63,148 nt of DNA, filler included, from 7 parts of 7 records of this genome joined end to end with filler, not necessarily neighbours in it, one strand, 5' to 3'. Shown: positions 1-10,503, numbered from the whole stretch's first letter. Numbers and translations are program-made. The notes: generated by a model from the sequence alone, not told the origin.

Positions 1-558
1 TATGTTACCAACGACCATGGTTCCGAATCAAAAAACGGCCGCATGCTGGAGGATTATCTCAGGCTGGCCAAATCCTACGTGCTTTATTACGACGGCAAGT
101 ATTTCCGAAAAGTATTTGACGGACTGGCCTATGCCAACGGAGTAAATATCAGCCCGGATGGAAGGACTGTTTACGTGGCCGAAACCGTGGGCCGTAAAGT
201 CCATGTTTTAGACCGGGACAAAAAAAGCGGCGGCCTGGCATTGAAGGATTCCATCGAGGTTGAAACAGGAGTCGACAATATAGAAATAGACGCCAAGGGA
301 AACCTGTGGATCGGCGCCCACCCCAAGCTTTTGACCTTTGTGCAATACTCCGGCGACCCTGATAAATTATCCCCGTCCGAAATTCTCAAACTCAATGTCA
401 TCAAGGGACACGGTCATACCATGGTCGCCCAATACCGGGAAAAAGGAACCCGCCTGTCAGGTTCCAGCGTCGCGGCTGTTTATGAAAACAAGCTGTTGAT
501 TGGGTCTGTATTTGACGACAAGTTTCTGATATGTACAATAGCGCCCGCATCGGAATGA
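1..558 (+). CDS. Arylesterase/paraoxonase (SMP-30/gluconolactonase six-bladed propeller) family, 5' partial
   Basis: Frame is open from base 1 (YVTNDH); PON-like motifs ANGVNISPDG, TGVDNI, GAHP, SSVA, IGSV. Confidence 0.85.
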   Translation, partial: YVTNDHGSESKNGRMLEDYLRLAKSYVLYYDGKYFRKVFDGLAYANGVNISPDGRTVYVAETVGRKVHVLDRDKKSGGLALKDSIEVETGVDNIEIDAKGNLWIGAHPKLLTFVQYSGDPDKLSPSEILKLNVIKGHGHTMVAQYREKGTRLSGSSVAAVYENKLLIGSVFDDKFLICTIAPASE

Positions 559-579
559 TTGCGGACATAAGAATATAAT

Positions 580-611
580 CCGCCTGAACCGGACGCCTCC
601 GGTTCGGGCGG
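580..611 (+). terminator. GC-rich hairpin, possible terminator
   Basis: CCGCCTGAACCGGA-cgcc-TCCGGTTCGGGCGG followed by TTATTTT, between two + strand genes. Confidence 0.5.
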
Positions 612-633
612 TTATTTTATCCGGGAGGCGATA

Positions 634-1812
634 GTGAATAAACAGGTTTGGGCCGAAGTGGTCACAATTGGATCGGAACTGGTTCTGGGACAACTTGTGG
701 ACACAAATGCGGCTTTTATAGCCAGGGGCCTGGCAGAAATCGGCGTGGGCCTCGCTTATCATACGACGGTGGGCGACGACCGCGAACTCATGGTCAATGC
801 TTTGCGGACCGCCATGGATCGGTGCCAGATAGTCATTGCCACCGGCGGCCTTGGGCCGACCGAAGACGACCTGACCAGGGAAGTCGCCGCCGAAGTCCTT
901 GGAACCGAATTGGAACTCAGGCAGGATCTGCTCGAATACATAAAAAACCTGTTCGCCCGCATGAGCTATACAATGGCCGACAACAACAAGCGACAGGCTT
1001 ACATTCCCAAAGGCGCCAAGGTTATTCATAACCCGAGAGGAACCGCCCCGGCATTTCTGGCCGAACAGGGAGATCGCGTATTGATATGTCTACCCGGCGT
1101 TCCCTTTGAAACCGAGCCGTTAATCGGCGAGGAAATCCTGCCCTTTATTAAAGAAAAATACAACCTGGCAGGCAGGGTCTGGATCAACCGCGTGCTCAAG
1201 GTTTGCGGAGTAGGCGAAAGCAACGTGGATTCACAAATCAAGGAAATAATCCGTTCCTCTGAAAATCCGATAATCGGTCTGCAGGCATCGCCCGGGGAGA
1301 TAAAAGTCAGGCTGACCGCAAAAGCCGATAGTTCAGAAGAAGCGGAAAAACTGCTGGACCAGGCTGAAGAGCGCGTGAAGGAACGCCTTGGCGATCTGAT
1401 TTTCGGATACGGAGATGAAACTCTGGCCGGAAACGCGGCCGCCCTTATCAGGGAAAAAGGCCTTACCCTGGCCGTGGCCGACGCCATGACCAAGGGGCGG
1501 ACTGCCGCCGAGCTGGGCGGATATCTTGACTCGGAATGGTTTAGGGGCGGCGTCATTACCAACAACGCCCTGCCGGCTTCCCAAATGGCTGAAAACGCTT
1601 TTCAGGATTTCGGCGTAGATATTGTACTGGCGGTCGCCGGATTTCCAACTGATGACGGCCATGTTAACGTGGAAATATACGCGGGCGACAAAAACGGCGG
1701 TAAAATGGAGCGGACGCTGGTCCTGGGAGGGCCGGAAAGATTGACATCCCAGAGAGCGGCGACCATGGTCATGTTTTCACTATGGCGCTTTCTCAACGAA
1801 ATGAACAATTAA
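634..1812 (+). CDS. cinA: CinA-like protein (MoCF-binding/pyrophosphatase domain plus degenerate PncC domain)
   Basis: IGSELVLGQLVDTN, VGDD, GGLGPTEDDLTRE, GTAP, LPGVP, GVGES motifs. Confidence 0.88.
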   Translation: MNKQVWAEVVTIGSELVLGQLVDTNAAFIARGLAEIGVGLAYHTTVGDDRELMVNALRTAMDRCQIVIATGGLGPTEDDLTREVAAEVLGTELELRQDLLEYIKNLFARMSYTMADNNKRQAYIPKGAKVIHNPRGTAPAFLAEQGDRVLICLPGVPFETEPLIGEEILPFIKEKYNLAGRVWINRVLKVCGVGESNVDSQIKEIIRSSENPIIGLQASPGEIKVRLTAKADSSEEAEKLLDQAEERVKERLGDLIFGYGDETLAGNAAALIREKGLTLAVADAMTKGRTAAELGGYLDSEWFRGGVITNNALPASQMAENAFQDFGVDIVLAVAGFPTDDGHVNVEIYAGDKNGGKMERTLVLGGPERLTSQRAATMVMFSLWRFLNEMNN

Positions 1813-1818
1813 AGCAAG

Positions 1819-2610
1819 ATGACCGAATACGGAATAAAAATGGAAAATACGGCGGTCGTCCTTTTTCAGACCAGCCTTTCCGAAAACATCGGCACAACCG
1901 CCAGGGCCGCGGCCAACATGGGCATCGGCAGCCTGATAGTCGTAGATCCATATAGATTTGAAGAAGACATTATCCGGGCCGTGGCCACTAAAACCGCCGA
2001 ATCCCTGGTGGACCGGATTGTCGTCAGGGAAAACCTCCGCGAAGCCCTGGCCGACTTCAATTATGTGGTCGGTACAACAGCCCGCCGGGGGGGGCATCGC
2101 GGCCCCTTTTACAGCCCCAGAACAATGGCTGAAAAACTAGTGGATTTGAGTCATGAGGGAAAAGTCGCCCTGTTGTTCGGTCCGGAACGGTCGGGGTTGA
2201 CCAATGCCGAACTGCGACTTTGCCAGGCTGTTGTCAGAATCCCGACAGCCGATCCGAAATCCAGCTCCCTGAACCTGGCCCAGGCGGTATTAATTCTGGC
2301 TTATGAACTGTTTCTGACTAGTTCCAATCAAAAACCGGCGCCCAAAATCAAACCCGCACCCATATCCGATATTTTGGCCATGTACGACCATTTTTCCGAA
2401 ACTATGGTAAAAATTGGATTTTTGCCCGAAGACAACACCGACCACTGGCTCATGAATTTCAAAAAGATTTTCAACCGGAGCGGCCTGACCCACGGCGAGT
2501 GCAACCTTATCAGAGGCATGTGCCGGCAAATAAACTGGGCGATAAAAACAGGCGGGCGACCGGATGTCTCTTCCATTCCCACAGAAACAGACCAGGCGGC
2601 CGAAGGCTGA
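1819..2610 (+). CDS. trmJ: tRNA 2'-O-methyltransferase, TrmJ/LasT (SPOUT) family
   Basis: ENIGTTARAAANMG, VGTTAR, LFGPERSGLTNAEL, SSLNLAQAV; true start may be 1840. Confidence 0.85.
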   Translation: MTEYGIKMENTAVVLFQTSLSENIGTTARAAANMGIGSLIVVDPYRFEEDIIRAVATKTAESLVDRIVVRENLREALADFNYVVGTTARRGGHRGPFYSPRTMAEKLVDLSHEGKVALLFGPERSGLTNAELRLCQAVVRIPTADPKSSSLNLAQAVLILAYELFLTSSNQKPAPKIKPAPISDILAMYDHFSETMVKIGFLPEDNTDHWLMNFKKIFNRSGLTHGECNLIRGMCRQINWAIKTGGRPDVSSIPTETDQAAEG

Positions 2611-3483
2611 TCAGGGCACGACTACGCTTAAGGCGCCGGGCCTGATTTCCAGGGTGACGGGAACCGGCTGCATGTACTCGCCGTCTCCGTACAAATCCAT
2701 CTTGTCGGGGGAAGTTATTTCCGCCCTGGTGGTCCGTAAAGTCCTTATGTTGGGATGAGGCAGGTGGCTGCCCGAAAAAACCTTGGGCATGGTGGTCAGA
2801 AGGACTTTTAATCCTACTTTTTCAATAATAACAACATCTATAAGGCCGTCGTCCATTTCCGCGTATGGGGAAATCTTCATCCCGCCGCCATAGCTTTTTG
2901 AATTGCCGAACACCGCGAACATGACCTCGCCTTCAAAAGTCCCTTCATCATGCACGACCTTGAGCCATTTGGGCTTAAAAGCGAAAAGCTTGTAAAAAAC
3001 AGCCGCTGTATATGCCGGGGCTCCGGTCAGAAAAGGGATCTGCGTGTTGGCGCATTCAGTTACTTCCGAATCAAATCCCACACCGCCCACGCTAATATAA
3101 TGACGCAATCCCGTCCAAACCAGGTCCAAATCCTTTATTTTGCCGTTCAAGGCCACCTGGGCGGCTTCCTCTACCTTTTGAGGCAGGTTTATATTGCGGC
3201 GGAAGTCATTTCCCCTTCCGCAGGGTATCAGGGCTGCCGGCATGCCCGTGCCGGCCAAACCGTTAAGGGCGTAATGCCAGGTACCGTCCCCGCCGACCAC
3301 GACAACCCTGTCAAAAAGGTCAGGAGTAGCCTGGCTGGTCAATTCCGTCACATGCTCCGCCGACCGGCTGATTACCTGCTCAACATTCGCTCCGTTGGCC
3401 TTAAAATAATCCGTGACCGCTTTAATGCTCTTTTTTGCTCTGCCGCCCCCAGCGCTGGGGTTTAACAAAACCAGTAATTTCAT
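2611..3483 (-). CDS. Diacylglycerol/lipid kinase, YegS/BmrU family
   Basis: NPSAGGG, VGGDGT, PCGRGNDF, GFDSEV, YGGGM, DDGLID, GDGE. Confidence 0.92.
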   Translation of the reverse strand: MKLLVLLNPSAGGGRAKKSIKAVTDYFKANGANVEQVISRSAEHVTELTSQATPDLFDRVVVVGGDGTWHYALNGLAGTGMPAALIPCGRGNDFRRNINLPQKVEEAAQVALNGKIKDLDLVWTGLRHYISVGGVGFDSEVTECANTQIPFLTGAPAYTAAVFYKLFAFKPKWLKVVHDEGTFEGEVMFAVFGNSKSYGGGMKISPYAEMDDGLIDVVIIEKVGLKVLLTTMPKVFSGSHLPHPNIRTLRTTRAEITSPDKMDLYGDGEYMQPVPVTLEIRPGALSVVVP

Positions 3484-3597
3484 TTGTTTTCAACCTGAGA
3501 ACGCATTTATCCATACCAATCGCCAAATCATAATAGCCGGAATGAATATGATCAACTCGACCTGGATTTTAAATATGGCAACCGGGACGGCCGGATG

Positions 3598-3813
3598 TCA
3601 GTCGCCTGATTTTCGCTTGCCTCGCAATGCTTCAAACGTGTAGGCCACAATCAACATGAAAGCGGCCAGAAGTACAGTTTTACCCCAACCGACATCCCCG
3701 AAATACATCCGGGTTACCACAAACGATGCCGCAAATGACATAACGGCTCTTAAAATAAAAACAGCGCCTGGATTCAAAACAAACCTACTATTGACCGAAT
3801 AAATTTTCTGCAA
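3598..3813 (-). CDS. Small two-TM hypothetical membrane protein
   Basis: Two hydrophobic stretches and a basic C-terminal tail; start uncertain. Confidence 0.5.
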   Translation of the reverse strand: MQKIYSVNSRFVLNPGAVFILRAVMSFAASFVVTRMYFGDVGWGKTVLLAAFMLIVAYTFEALRGKRKSGD

Positions 3814-3893
3814 TACATTTAGCAGGTCTGGCCGCCCGGGTCAACTCTCGGCGCCGCCCGGAATGCTCTTTAGGAAAATGTAAAAAGAAAGGG

Positions 3894-4616
3894 GTGCACA
3901 TGCCCGTTTTACCAAATGAAGTGTTGTGGATTTGCTTTTTATTGATCGATTTTACCGCCGCCCTGGTCATTTTCAGACTTTTCGGCCGGTACGGCCTTTA
4001 TGGCCTCATTGTCATGAATATTATCATCTGCAATATGCAGGTTATGAAAATAATACATCTTTTTGGCGTAACCACCACTCTGGGCAATATTCTGTACGCC
4101 AGTATCTTTTTTTCAACAGACGTTATCGGCGAACTTTACGGTAAAAAAGAAGCCAGAAAAGGCGTTTGGCTGGGCTTCGGCATGCTGGTCCTGGCCACTA
4201 TTTACATGCAGATCGCCCTTCTTTTCGTCCCGGATAAAACAGACTTTATTCATCCGGCCCTGGAACAGATATTCACCATGTATCCCAGGGTGGTTGTGGG
4301 ATCCCTGGCCGCGTACCTGATCAGCCAGCTTCACGATGTCTGGGCCTACGATTTCTGGAAGGTCAGGGCCCGAGGCCGCTTCCTCTGGCTCAGAAACAAT
4401 GCCAGCACCATGGTCAGCCAGGCTATTGATTCAGTCCTTTTTTGCACTATCGCCTTTTGGGGCCTTTTCCCCGTAGCCGTTTTTATGCAAATCCTGATTA
4501 CGACCTATGTCCTCAAATTCGCCGTGGCCGCGGCCGACACTCCCTTTATCTATATCGCCCGCAAACTGAAAGCTCCGGATTTGCCTCGGGAAAACGAGGA
4601 AGCCGACATGTCGTAA
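3894..4616 (+). CDS. yhhQ: Queuosine precursor transporter (YhhQ/Vut_1, DUF165)
   Basis: TDVIGELYGKKEARK, GSLAAYLISQLHDV, LWLRNNASTMVSQAIDS, DTPFIY. Confidence 0.92.
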   Translation: MHMPVLPNEVLWICFLLIDFTAALVIFRLFGRYGLYGLIVMNIIICNMQVMKIIHLFGVTTTLGNILYASIFFSTDVIGELYGKKEARKGVWLGFGMLVLATIYMQIALLFVPDKTDFIHPALEQIFTMYPRVVVGSLAAYLISQLHDVWAYDFWKVRARGRFLWLRNNASTMVSQAIDSVLFCTIAFWGLFPVAVFMQILITTYVLKFAVAAADTPFIYIARKLKAPDLPRENEEADMS

Positions 4617-4693
4617 TGTAAAATTCTTTTTTAGCGGCGCCCCCCTGCGGGCGCCGGCTGTTCCTGGTCAAATTATCAATGGAGTAGATTCTT

Positions 4694-5818
4694 ATGAGAG
4701 AAATAGTTGTAATAGGCGCCGGATTTCATCCCTACGGCATTTTCCCTGATAAATCCATCAATGAAATCGGAAAGACCGCCATTCAGAATGCGCTCGGGGA
4801 CGCCGATATGAAGTGGGAAGATATAGAAACGGCGTACTGCGGAACCGTTCAACCGCATATGTCCACCGGACACCAGGTTTGCCAGCAAATGGATCTGACC
4901 GGCATCGGCATTACCAACGTGGAAAGTGCATCGGCCAGCGGATCCGCGGCTTTCCGCGAGGCCTGCCTGGCCGTTGCTTCGGGCGACTGCAACATCGCCC
5001 TGGCTTTTGGCGTGGATAAGTCTTTGATAAAACAAAAAATTCCGTCGCCTGAAGCCAACGGCCCAAAAGAATCGGCTCCCAAATCGGAAAAATTCGTGCC
5101 CGCCCAATTTTTCGCCGCCATGGCCCTCAATCATATGAATCAATACGGGACGACCTTGGATCAATTGGCCAAGGTTTCGGTAAAAAGCCATTTCAACGCC
5201 GCCCAAAATCCCAATGCCCATTTTCAAAAAGCCGTGACCCTCGAAGAGGTTCACAATGCCCGTATGGTTGCCGATCCCTTGACCGTGCTGCATTGCTGTC
5301 CCTGGGATGACGGCGCGGCCGCGGTAATTGTCTGCGCCAAGGATGTCGCCGGCAAATACACGGACAAGGTCTGCCCGACCGTCGCCGCTTCCGTCCTTAA
5401 AAGCATGCTCGCTGACGGCGATCCACTATTGGAATTGACCAAAAAAACCGCGAAGGCGGCGTACGAAAAGGCCGGTGTCGGACCGGAAGACCTGGATCTG
5501 ATTGAACTTCACGATGCCTTCACCATCGAGGAAATAATCTATACGGAAGCTCTCGGCCTTTGCGCCGCGGGCGAAGGCGGAAAACTGGCCGAAGACGGGA
5601 CGACATCCCTGAATGGAAAGCATCCGGTCAACAGCAGCGGCGGCCTTATTTCAATGGGGCATCCCATCGGCCCTACCGGTGTCGGACAGGTAGCTGAAAT
5701 TCTTTGGCAAATGAGAGGTGAAGGTGGAAAACGCCAGGTAACCAAACCCGTAAACCTGGCCATGGCCCATATGGTCGGCGCAGGAGGCGTTTGTATAATT
5801 CACTTGTTTAAAAAATAA
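4694..5818 (+). CDS. Thiolase-superfamily protein (SCP-x/Ltp type) lacking the nucleophilic Cys
   Basis: NVESASASGS, NPNA, DGAAA, ELHDAF, GGLISMGHPIGPTG. Confidence 0.88.
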   Translation: MREIVVIGAGFHPYGIFPDKSINEIGKTAIQNALGDADMKWEDIETAYCGTVQPHMSTGHQVCQQMDLTGIGITNVESASASGSAAFREACLAVASGDCNIALAFGVDKSLIKQKIPSPEANGPKESAPKSEKFVPAQFFAAMALNHMNQYGTTLDQLAKVSVKSHFNAAQNPNAHFQKAVTLEEVHNARMVADPLTVLHCCPWDDGAAAVIVCAKDVAGKYTDKVCPTVAASVLKSMLADGDPLLELTKKTAKAAYEKAGVGPEDLDLIELHDAFTIEEIIYTEALGLCAAGEGGKLAEDGTTSLNGKHPVNSSGGLISMGHPIGPTGVGQVAEILWQMRGEGGKRQVTKPVNLAMAHMVGAGGVCIIHLFKK

Positions 5819-5881
5819 TAAACCGCACCCCCTGCAACAAACCTGCATTCGAGTGATTACAACCGTAAAAGGCGGGGATAA

Positions 5882-6805
5882 ATGAGTGAAGATAATATAA
5901 TTCAATGGCTACTGGCCGGAGATATCTCCATTCAATATCAGGTCTACAGGGACCTGCTCGGCTCACCCGGGCGGGTTCCGCAAGAAAGGATCGCAGAAAC
6001 CGGATGGGCGGCACGGCTACTTTCCTTGCGTAACCAAAACGGGCATTGGGGCCGCGCCTTCTATTCTCCGAAATGGACTTCAACACACTATACCCTGCTC
6101 GACCTGAAAAACCTGGGCGTCTCGCCGGACATCAAGGAAATAAAGCAAACCCTCTGTCTAATTTTGGAAAACAATAAAGGACCGGTCGGCGAGATTGTAA
6201 CGTCTCAAACATCCACAGTCAGCGACGTTTGCATCAACGGCATGTTTTTGAATTATGCTTCGTATTTCCAGGTTAATGAAATCGATCTGCATTCCATTAT
6301 TGATTATATTTTGTCTCAGCAAATGGACGATGGCGGATTCAATTGTCTTTTAAATACAAAAAAAGGCGCCGTCCACAGTTCCCTGCATTCAACACTTTCC
6401 ATAATCGAGGGAATCCTGGAATATGCGGAAAACGGGTATAAATACAGGTTGAAGGAACTCCGGTTAGTGGAACAAGAATCCAGAGAATTTATTCTTAGAC
6501 ACAAGCTATTTAGATCCGACCGAACCGGAGAAATTATAAATAAAAATTTTTTGATGCTTTCTTATCCGTCTCGTTGGTATTACGATATTTTGCGTGCTCT
6601 GGAATATTTCCGGCTTGCCGGAGCTTCCTATGACGATAGAATGGAAGAAGCAGTTGATATTTTAAAACAAAAGCGGCGAGCGGACCAAACATGGCCTGTA
6701 CAGGCCAGGCATCCCGGTCTAACCCATTTCGAAATGGAACAGCCCGGTCGTCCCAGTCGCTGGAATACGTTGAGGGCGCTTCGTGTGTTGAAACACTTTG
6801 CCTAA
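5882..6805 (+). CDS. Hypothetical protein, prenyltransferase/squalene-cyclase-like alpha-alpha barrel
   Basis: QW-like repeats (NQNGHW, QMDDGGFNC), HSTLS, RWYYDILRAL, GRPSRWNTLRALRVL. Confidence 0.7.
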   Translation: MSEDNIIQWLLAGDISIQYQVYRDLLGSPGRVPQERIAETGWAARLLSLRNQNGHWGRAFYSPKWTSTHYTLLDLKNLGVSPDIKEIKQTLCLILENNKGPVGEIVTSQTSTVSDVCINGMFLNYASYFQVNEIDLHSIIDYILSQQMDDGGFNCLLNTKKGAVHSSLHSTLSIIEGILEYAENGYKYRLKELRLVEQESREFILRHKLFRSDRTGEIINKNFLMLSYPSRWYYDILRALEYFRLAGASYDDRMEEAVDILKQKRRADQTWPVQARHPGLTHFEMEQPGRPSRWNTLRALRVLKHFA

Positions 6806-6925
6806 GCAAGGCGAATTAAGAATAATGTATAATGTAGGAACGAAGGAATATTAAGCCTTATGCGGCCGGCAAGCCTTTGGGCGGTTTAAACATCTAATGT
6901 ATCTGCTATACAAGGGAATTGTAAA

Positions 6926-7138
6926 ATGAAGGATGAACGATCCAATAATGGAGATCCAAAAGGGTTGATATGCTCCCATTGCCGGAAAGATATCAAGGCA
7001 GGGGAAGAACATGTACACGATTCCAAGATATTATGTGAAGATTGCTGTTTCGACATTCGGATGCCGCGAACTCGTAAAACTCACTGGCAATACATAGGCT
7101 CTGTAAAATCGGATTATTTACAACCCCGAAAAGAATAA
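6926..7138 (+). CDS. Small zinc-finger-like protein
   Basis: CxxC...H...CEDC pattern; AAGGGA RBS upstream. Confidence 0.6.
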   Translation: MKDERSNNGDPKGLICSHCRKDIKAGEEHVHDSKILCEDCCFDIRMPRTRKTHWQYIGSVKSDYLQPRKE

Positions 7139-7186
7139 AATCCGCCCGAATGACCGGCGGTCTGTTTTAGGCTAGGAGTCCCGATA

Positions 7187-9717
7187 GTGTTCAAGCCCAG
7201 GTTAATTTTCTTAATTATTTTTCTATGTTGTGTTTCCATTTCAATAAATGGTTTAGCTTCTGATAATGGCCGTAAGGCGCTTTTAATCGGAAACGCCGCT
7301 TACCCGTCCGGGAAACTGGTTACGCCTCCGGCTGATGCCAGGCGCCTGACAAGAATGCTCAGAAGTTACGGTTTTTCAGTTAAACTCATCCAGGACGCCG
7401 ACCTGCGCCAGATGGAAAAGGCCGTTAACGATTTTGTAAAAAGTATAGAAGAGAGCGATATAGCCTTTTTCTACTATTCGGGGCATGCCATTCAATTAAA
7501 TGGAAAAAACTATCTGACGCCGGTGGATGCAGCATATGAGTCCGGCCATGACATCCCCTACATGGCTTTTAGCGTTGACACACTTCTGGAAAAACTGTTG
7601 GACTCGCCTGCTGGTTTAGGCATCGTCATGTTGGAAGCCAATCGAAAACATGAATTTACCGACTTGGAAGGCGTTAAAACGGGTTTGGCCGAAGTTAAAA
7701 CGCCTCCTGAAACAATTTTCGCCATGGCCGCTCAACCCGGTGAAGTTATAGACGAGAGAGAATCGGGCGGCAGCCTGTTTACCAGCCGTTTCATGTCAAT
7801 GAGCCGGTATAGAAACCTTTCCATATACAATATATTCAGGATGGCGCAGGCTAAGACCAGGCAGACGTCTATTAATAAACAGAATCCCTGGATAGCCGGG
7901 AAGGCGTCCGACAAGTATTATTTTATTGCTGAAAAGCCTGCGGCAATCGGGAAGGATCATATAAGGCCGAATGTTCAGTCGGACCTGCGGGATCGGCTCT
8001 TGAAAAAAAGCAAAATTGTCAATAAAAGCAGGGTTCCCAAGTCCGCCAATGTTTCTGTCGGTAAAATGCCGACTAATCAAAAACAACCGACCGGAGCAGC
8101 CGGGATAAAAATAAAAAATTCCAAAATCGGCGGCGGAAAAATCGTCAATAAAAGCAATGTTAAAAATTCGACAAATATCGCTATAGGGAAAGGCTCGAAG
8201 CCCAAACCTCCGCCCCCGCCCCCGCCCCCGGCGCCCGCCCCGGCCTCGGCGCCCGCCCCGGCCCCGGCCCCTGAACCCGAGCCGGTTTCCGATGTCCAGC
8301 CTGAATCCGATGACATAGCTCCCGCACCTGAAGCAGCGCCTGAACCCGCGGCAGTTGAACCCGCTCCGGTTGCTCCGGTCGCGCCTGCTCAGGCTGCTGA
8401 AAGCAAACCGGAAGAAAAACCTGAACCACGGGGCGCTGTTGAAAAATACCCGACCATGGAATGCCCGGACCAGGTAAAAGCCGAAAACGAGTTCGCCGTC
8501 ATGGTTTCCCTGACCGACGATCTTATATCCCCGGAAGTAAAAGTTAAAACGGGAAAAACCACCGAGGATGGAAAGCTTGTCCTGGATCTGCCCGATGAAA
8601 AGAATATGTGGGAGATCCAGGTTATCCTTTCCGCTCCGGGCATGAACTTTGCCAAAGGATCCAATATCGGTAAAATAAAATTGCCAAGGGACGGCGATTC
8701 AACCCCGGCCCTGTTTTACCTGGCTTCGAAAAAAAGGCCCGAGCAGAACAAGGATTACAAAATTTTCGCAACTTTTTGGTATGAAGGCGCGTTTTTAGCC
8801 AAAATAATGAAAAAAGTGACAGTGTTGGGCGAAAAGCCGGCTTCCGCCCAACCAGAGCCTGCGAAAAAGAAAAAAACTATTCAAACAGCTGATAAAAAGA
8901 CAAAAAACGTAGCGCAGTCAAATTCAACCGATATTCGGTTATCAGCCAAAACCGCGGATTTGACAATATATTTGCTGGAAGGTTTAAATCCGGATAATCC
9001 TAAGCAGGCCCAAATGATTATTTCTTCTCCGCACCTGCCTCCGTCGGTTCAGATACATGAAACCAGTACCGAATTGTCTTTATGGCTGGGCCTGCAATAC
9101 GACAAGCTCATGCGCCGGTCCGCCAAGCTGCAGGAAGCACGCATAAGAGGGACGTCTTCCGGCGGCGCAAAAACAAGGGCCGAAGCCGTACTGAGGGGTT
9201 TCGGCCGGGAACTCTACAAAAAGTGCGCTCCCGATGGCTTCAAAAAGGCCTTTTGGAAGGTTCACGATCTGTTGGGCGCGGAGTTCAAAACCATTCAGAT
9301 CTATTCCAACAATCCGGTCATCCCTTGGGAATTGATGAAGCCGGTCCGCCCGGACGGTTCGGCGGAAAAGGAGTTCCTGGGGCTTGAATTCCAGGTCGGC
9401 CGCTGGCATGTCAATCAGGATACCCAGCAGCTTGAAAGACCGCCGCAAAAATTACCCATGAAAGAACTTGTTGTCATCGCTCCCAAATACGAGGGTAAAA
9501 TGGATTTGCCCGGCATAATGGAAGAGATCAAGGCCTTGCAGTCCATTTCAGGTTACCGGAAAGTCACGGGAAGTTTTGATGAACTCGAAGATCTGCTGGC
9601 CGATCTGCCCGACGGCATTGTGCATTTTTCCGGTCATGGCCAGGTAAAAGCTTCCGCACAGGGACCGTCTTTATATGTAATTGGATTGGAAGACGGTTAC
9701 CTGGATTCCATGACCTG
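7187..9717 (+). CDS. Secreted caspase-like (C14) domain, Pro-rich linker and C-terminal CHAT domain, 3' partial
   Basis: Signal peptide; ALLIGNAAY, FFYYSGHA; polyPro/PA linker; IPWELM and VHFSGHG (CHAT); runs into the N-spacer. Confidence 0.8.
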
Positions 9718-9817
9718 NNNNNNNNNNNNNNNNNNNNNNNNNNNNNNNNNNNNNNNNNNNNTTAATTAATTAANNNNNNNNNNNNNNNNNNNNNNNNNNN
9801 NNNNNNNNNNNNNNNNN
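9718..9817. other. Artificial contig spacer
   Basis: N44-TTAATTAATTAA-N44 (stops in all six frames). Confidence 0.99.
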
Positions 9818-10402
9818 CCCGGCGACAGGGCCCGCTTTGAGGTCTGTGCCCATAAATGGGCTTCCCTGGCCGATCCGGGATGCCGTATCGCCCTGATGTC
9901 GGATTGCAAGTACGGCTACAGGGTGGAAGGCGGAGAGCTCTCCCTTACCCTGCTGCGCGCTCCCGGGGCTCCCGATCCCGAGGCCGACAGGGGAGCGCAT
10001 GAGTTCACCTACTCCTTCCTGCCCCTGGATGAGGATGACCTGGACAGGGTTGTGAAGGAGGGATGGGATCTCAATATTCCCGCAGCCGCCGGAATGCTTT
10101 CCCCCGGAGAGGGGGAGCCCGTCTCCCTCTTCGGGTTCTCGTCGGAGTCGCTGATGGCCGAGTCAGTAAAGGTCGCAGAGGACGGCGAGTCGATTATCCT
10201 GCGCGTCTGGGAAACCCGGGGAGCCCCCCTCAGGGCGGAAATCACTCCTGATTCCGGATTCGGCTTCAGGAGCTGGGAACTCTGCAATATGCTGGAAGAT
10301 CCCGAGGGGGCGAGAGGGACGCTGGATGCCGGCGGAGATGCCGTGTCCCTTGACTTCAGGGGATTCGAGATCAAGACGGTCAGGTTCAGCCGCCGTCCCT
10401 GA
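9818..10402 (+). CDS. Alpha-mannosidase (GH38) C-terminal part, 5' partial
   Basis: ARFEVCAHKW, DCKYGY, LTLLRAP, DPEADRGAHEFTY, VKVAEDG, FEIKT. Confidence 0.9.
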   Translation, partial: PGDRARFEVCAHKWASLADPGCRIALMSDCKYGYRVEGGELSLTLLRAPGAPDPEADRGAHEFTYSFLPLDEDDLDRVVKEGWDLNIPAAAGMLSPGEGEPVSLFGFSSESLMAESVKVAEDGESIILRVWETRGAPLRAEITPDSGFGFRSWELCNMLEDPEGARGTLDAGGDAVSLDFRGFEIKTVRFSRRP

Positions 10403-10441
10403 GACAGGAGCCCTGGAGTGCTGATCCCAGGGTGCAAAAAA

Positions 10442-10463
10442 CAGGCTGCCCGGGGGCAGCCTG
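10442..10463. terminator. Bidirectional intrinsic terminator
   Basis: CAGGCTGCCC-gg-GGGCAGCCTG with an A-run before and GTTTT after, between convergent genes. Confidence 0.6.
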
Positions 10464-10503
10464 CGTTTTCCGATGCCTTCCCGCATCGCCAGCTTATGGT
10501 CTG

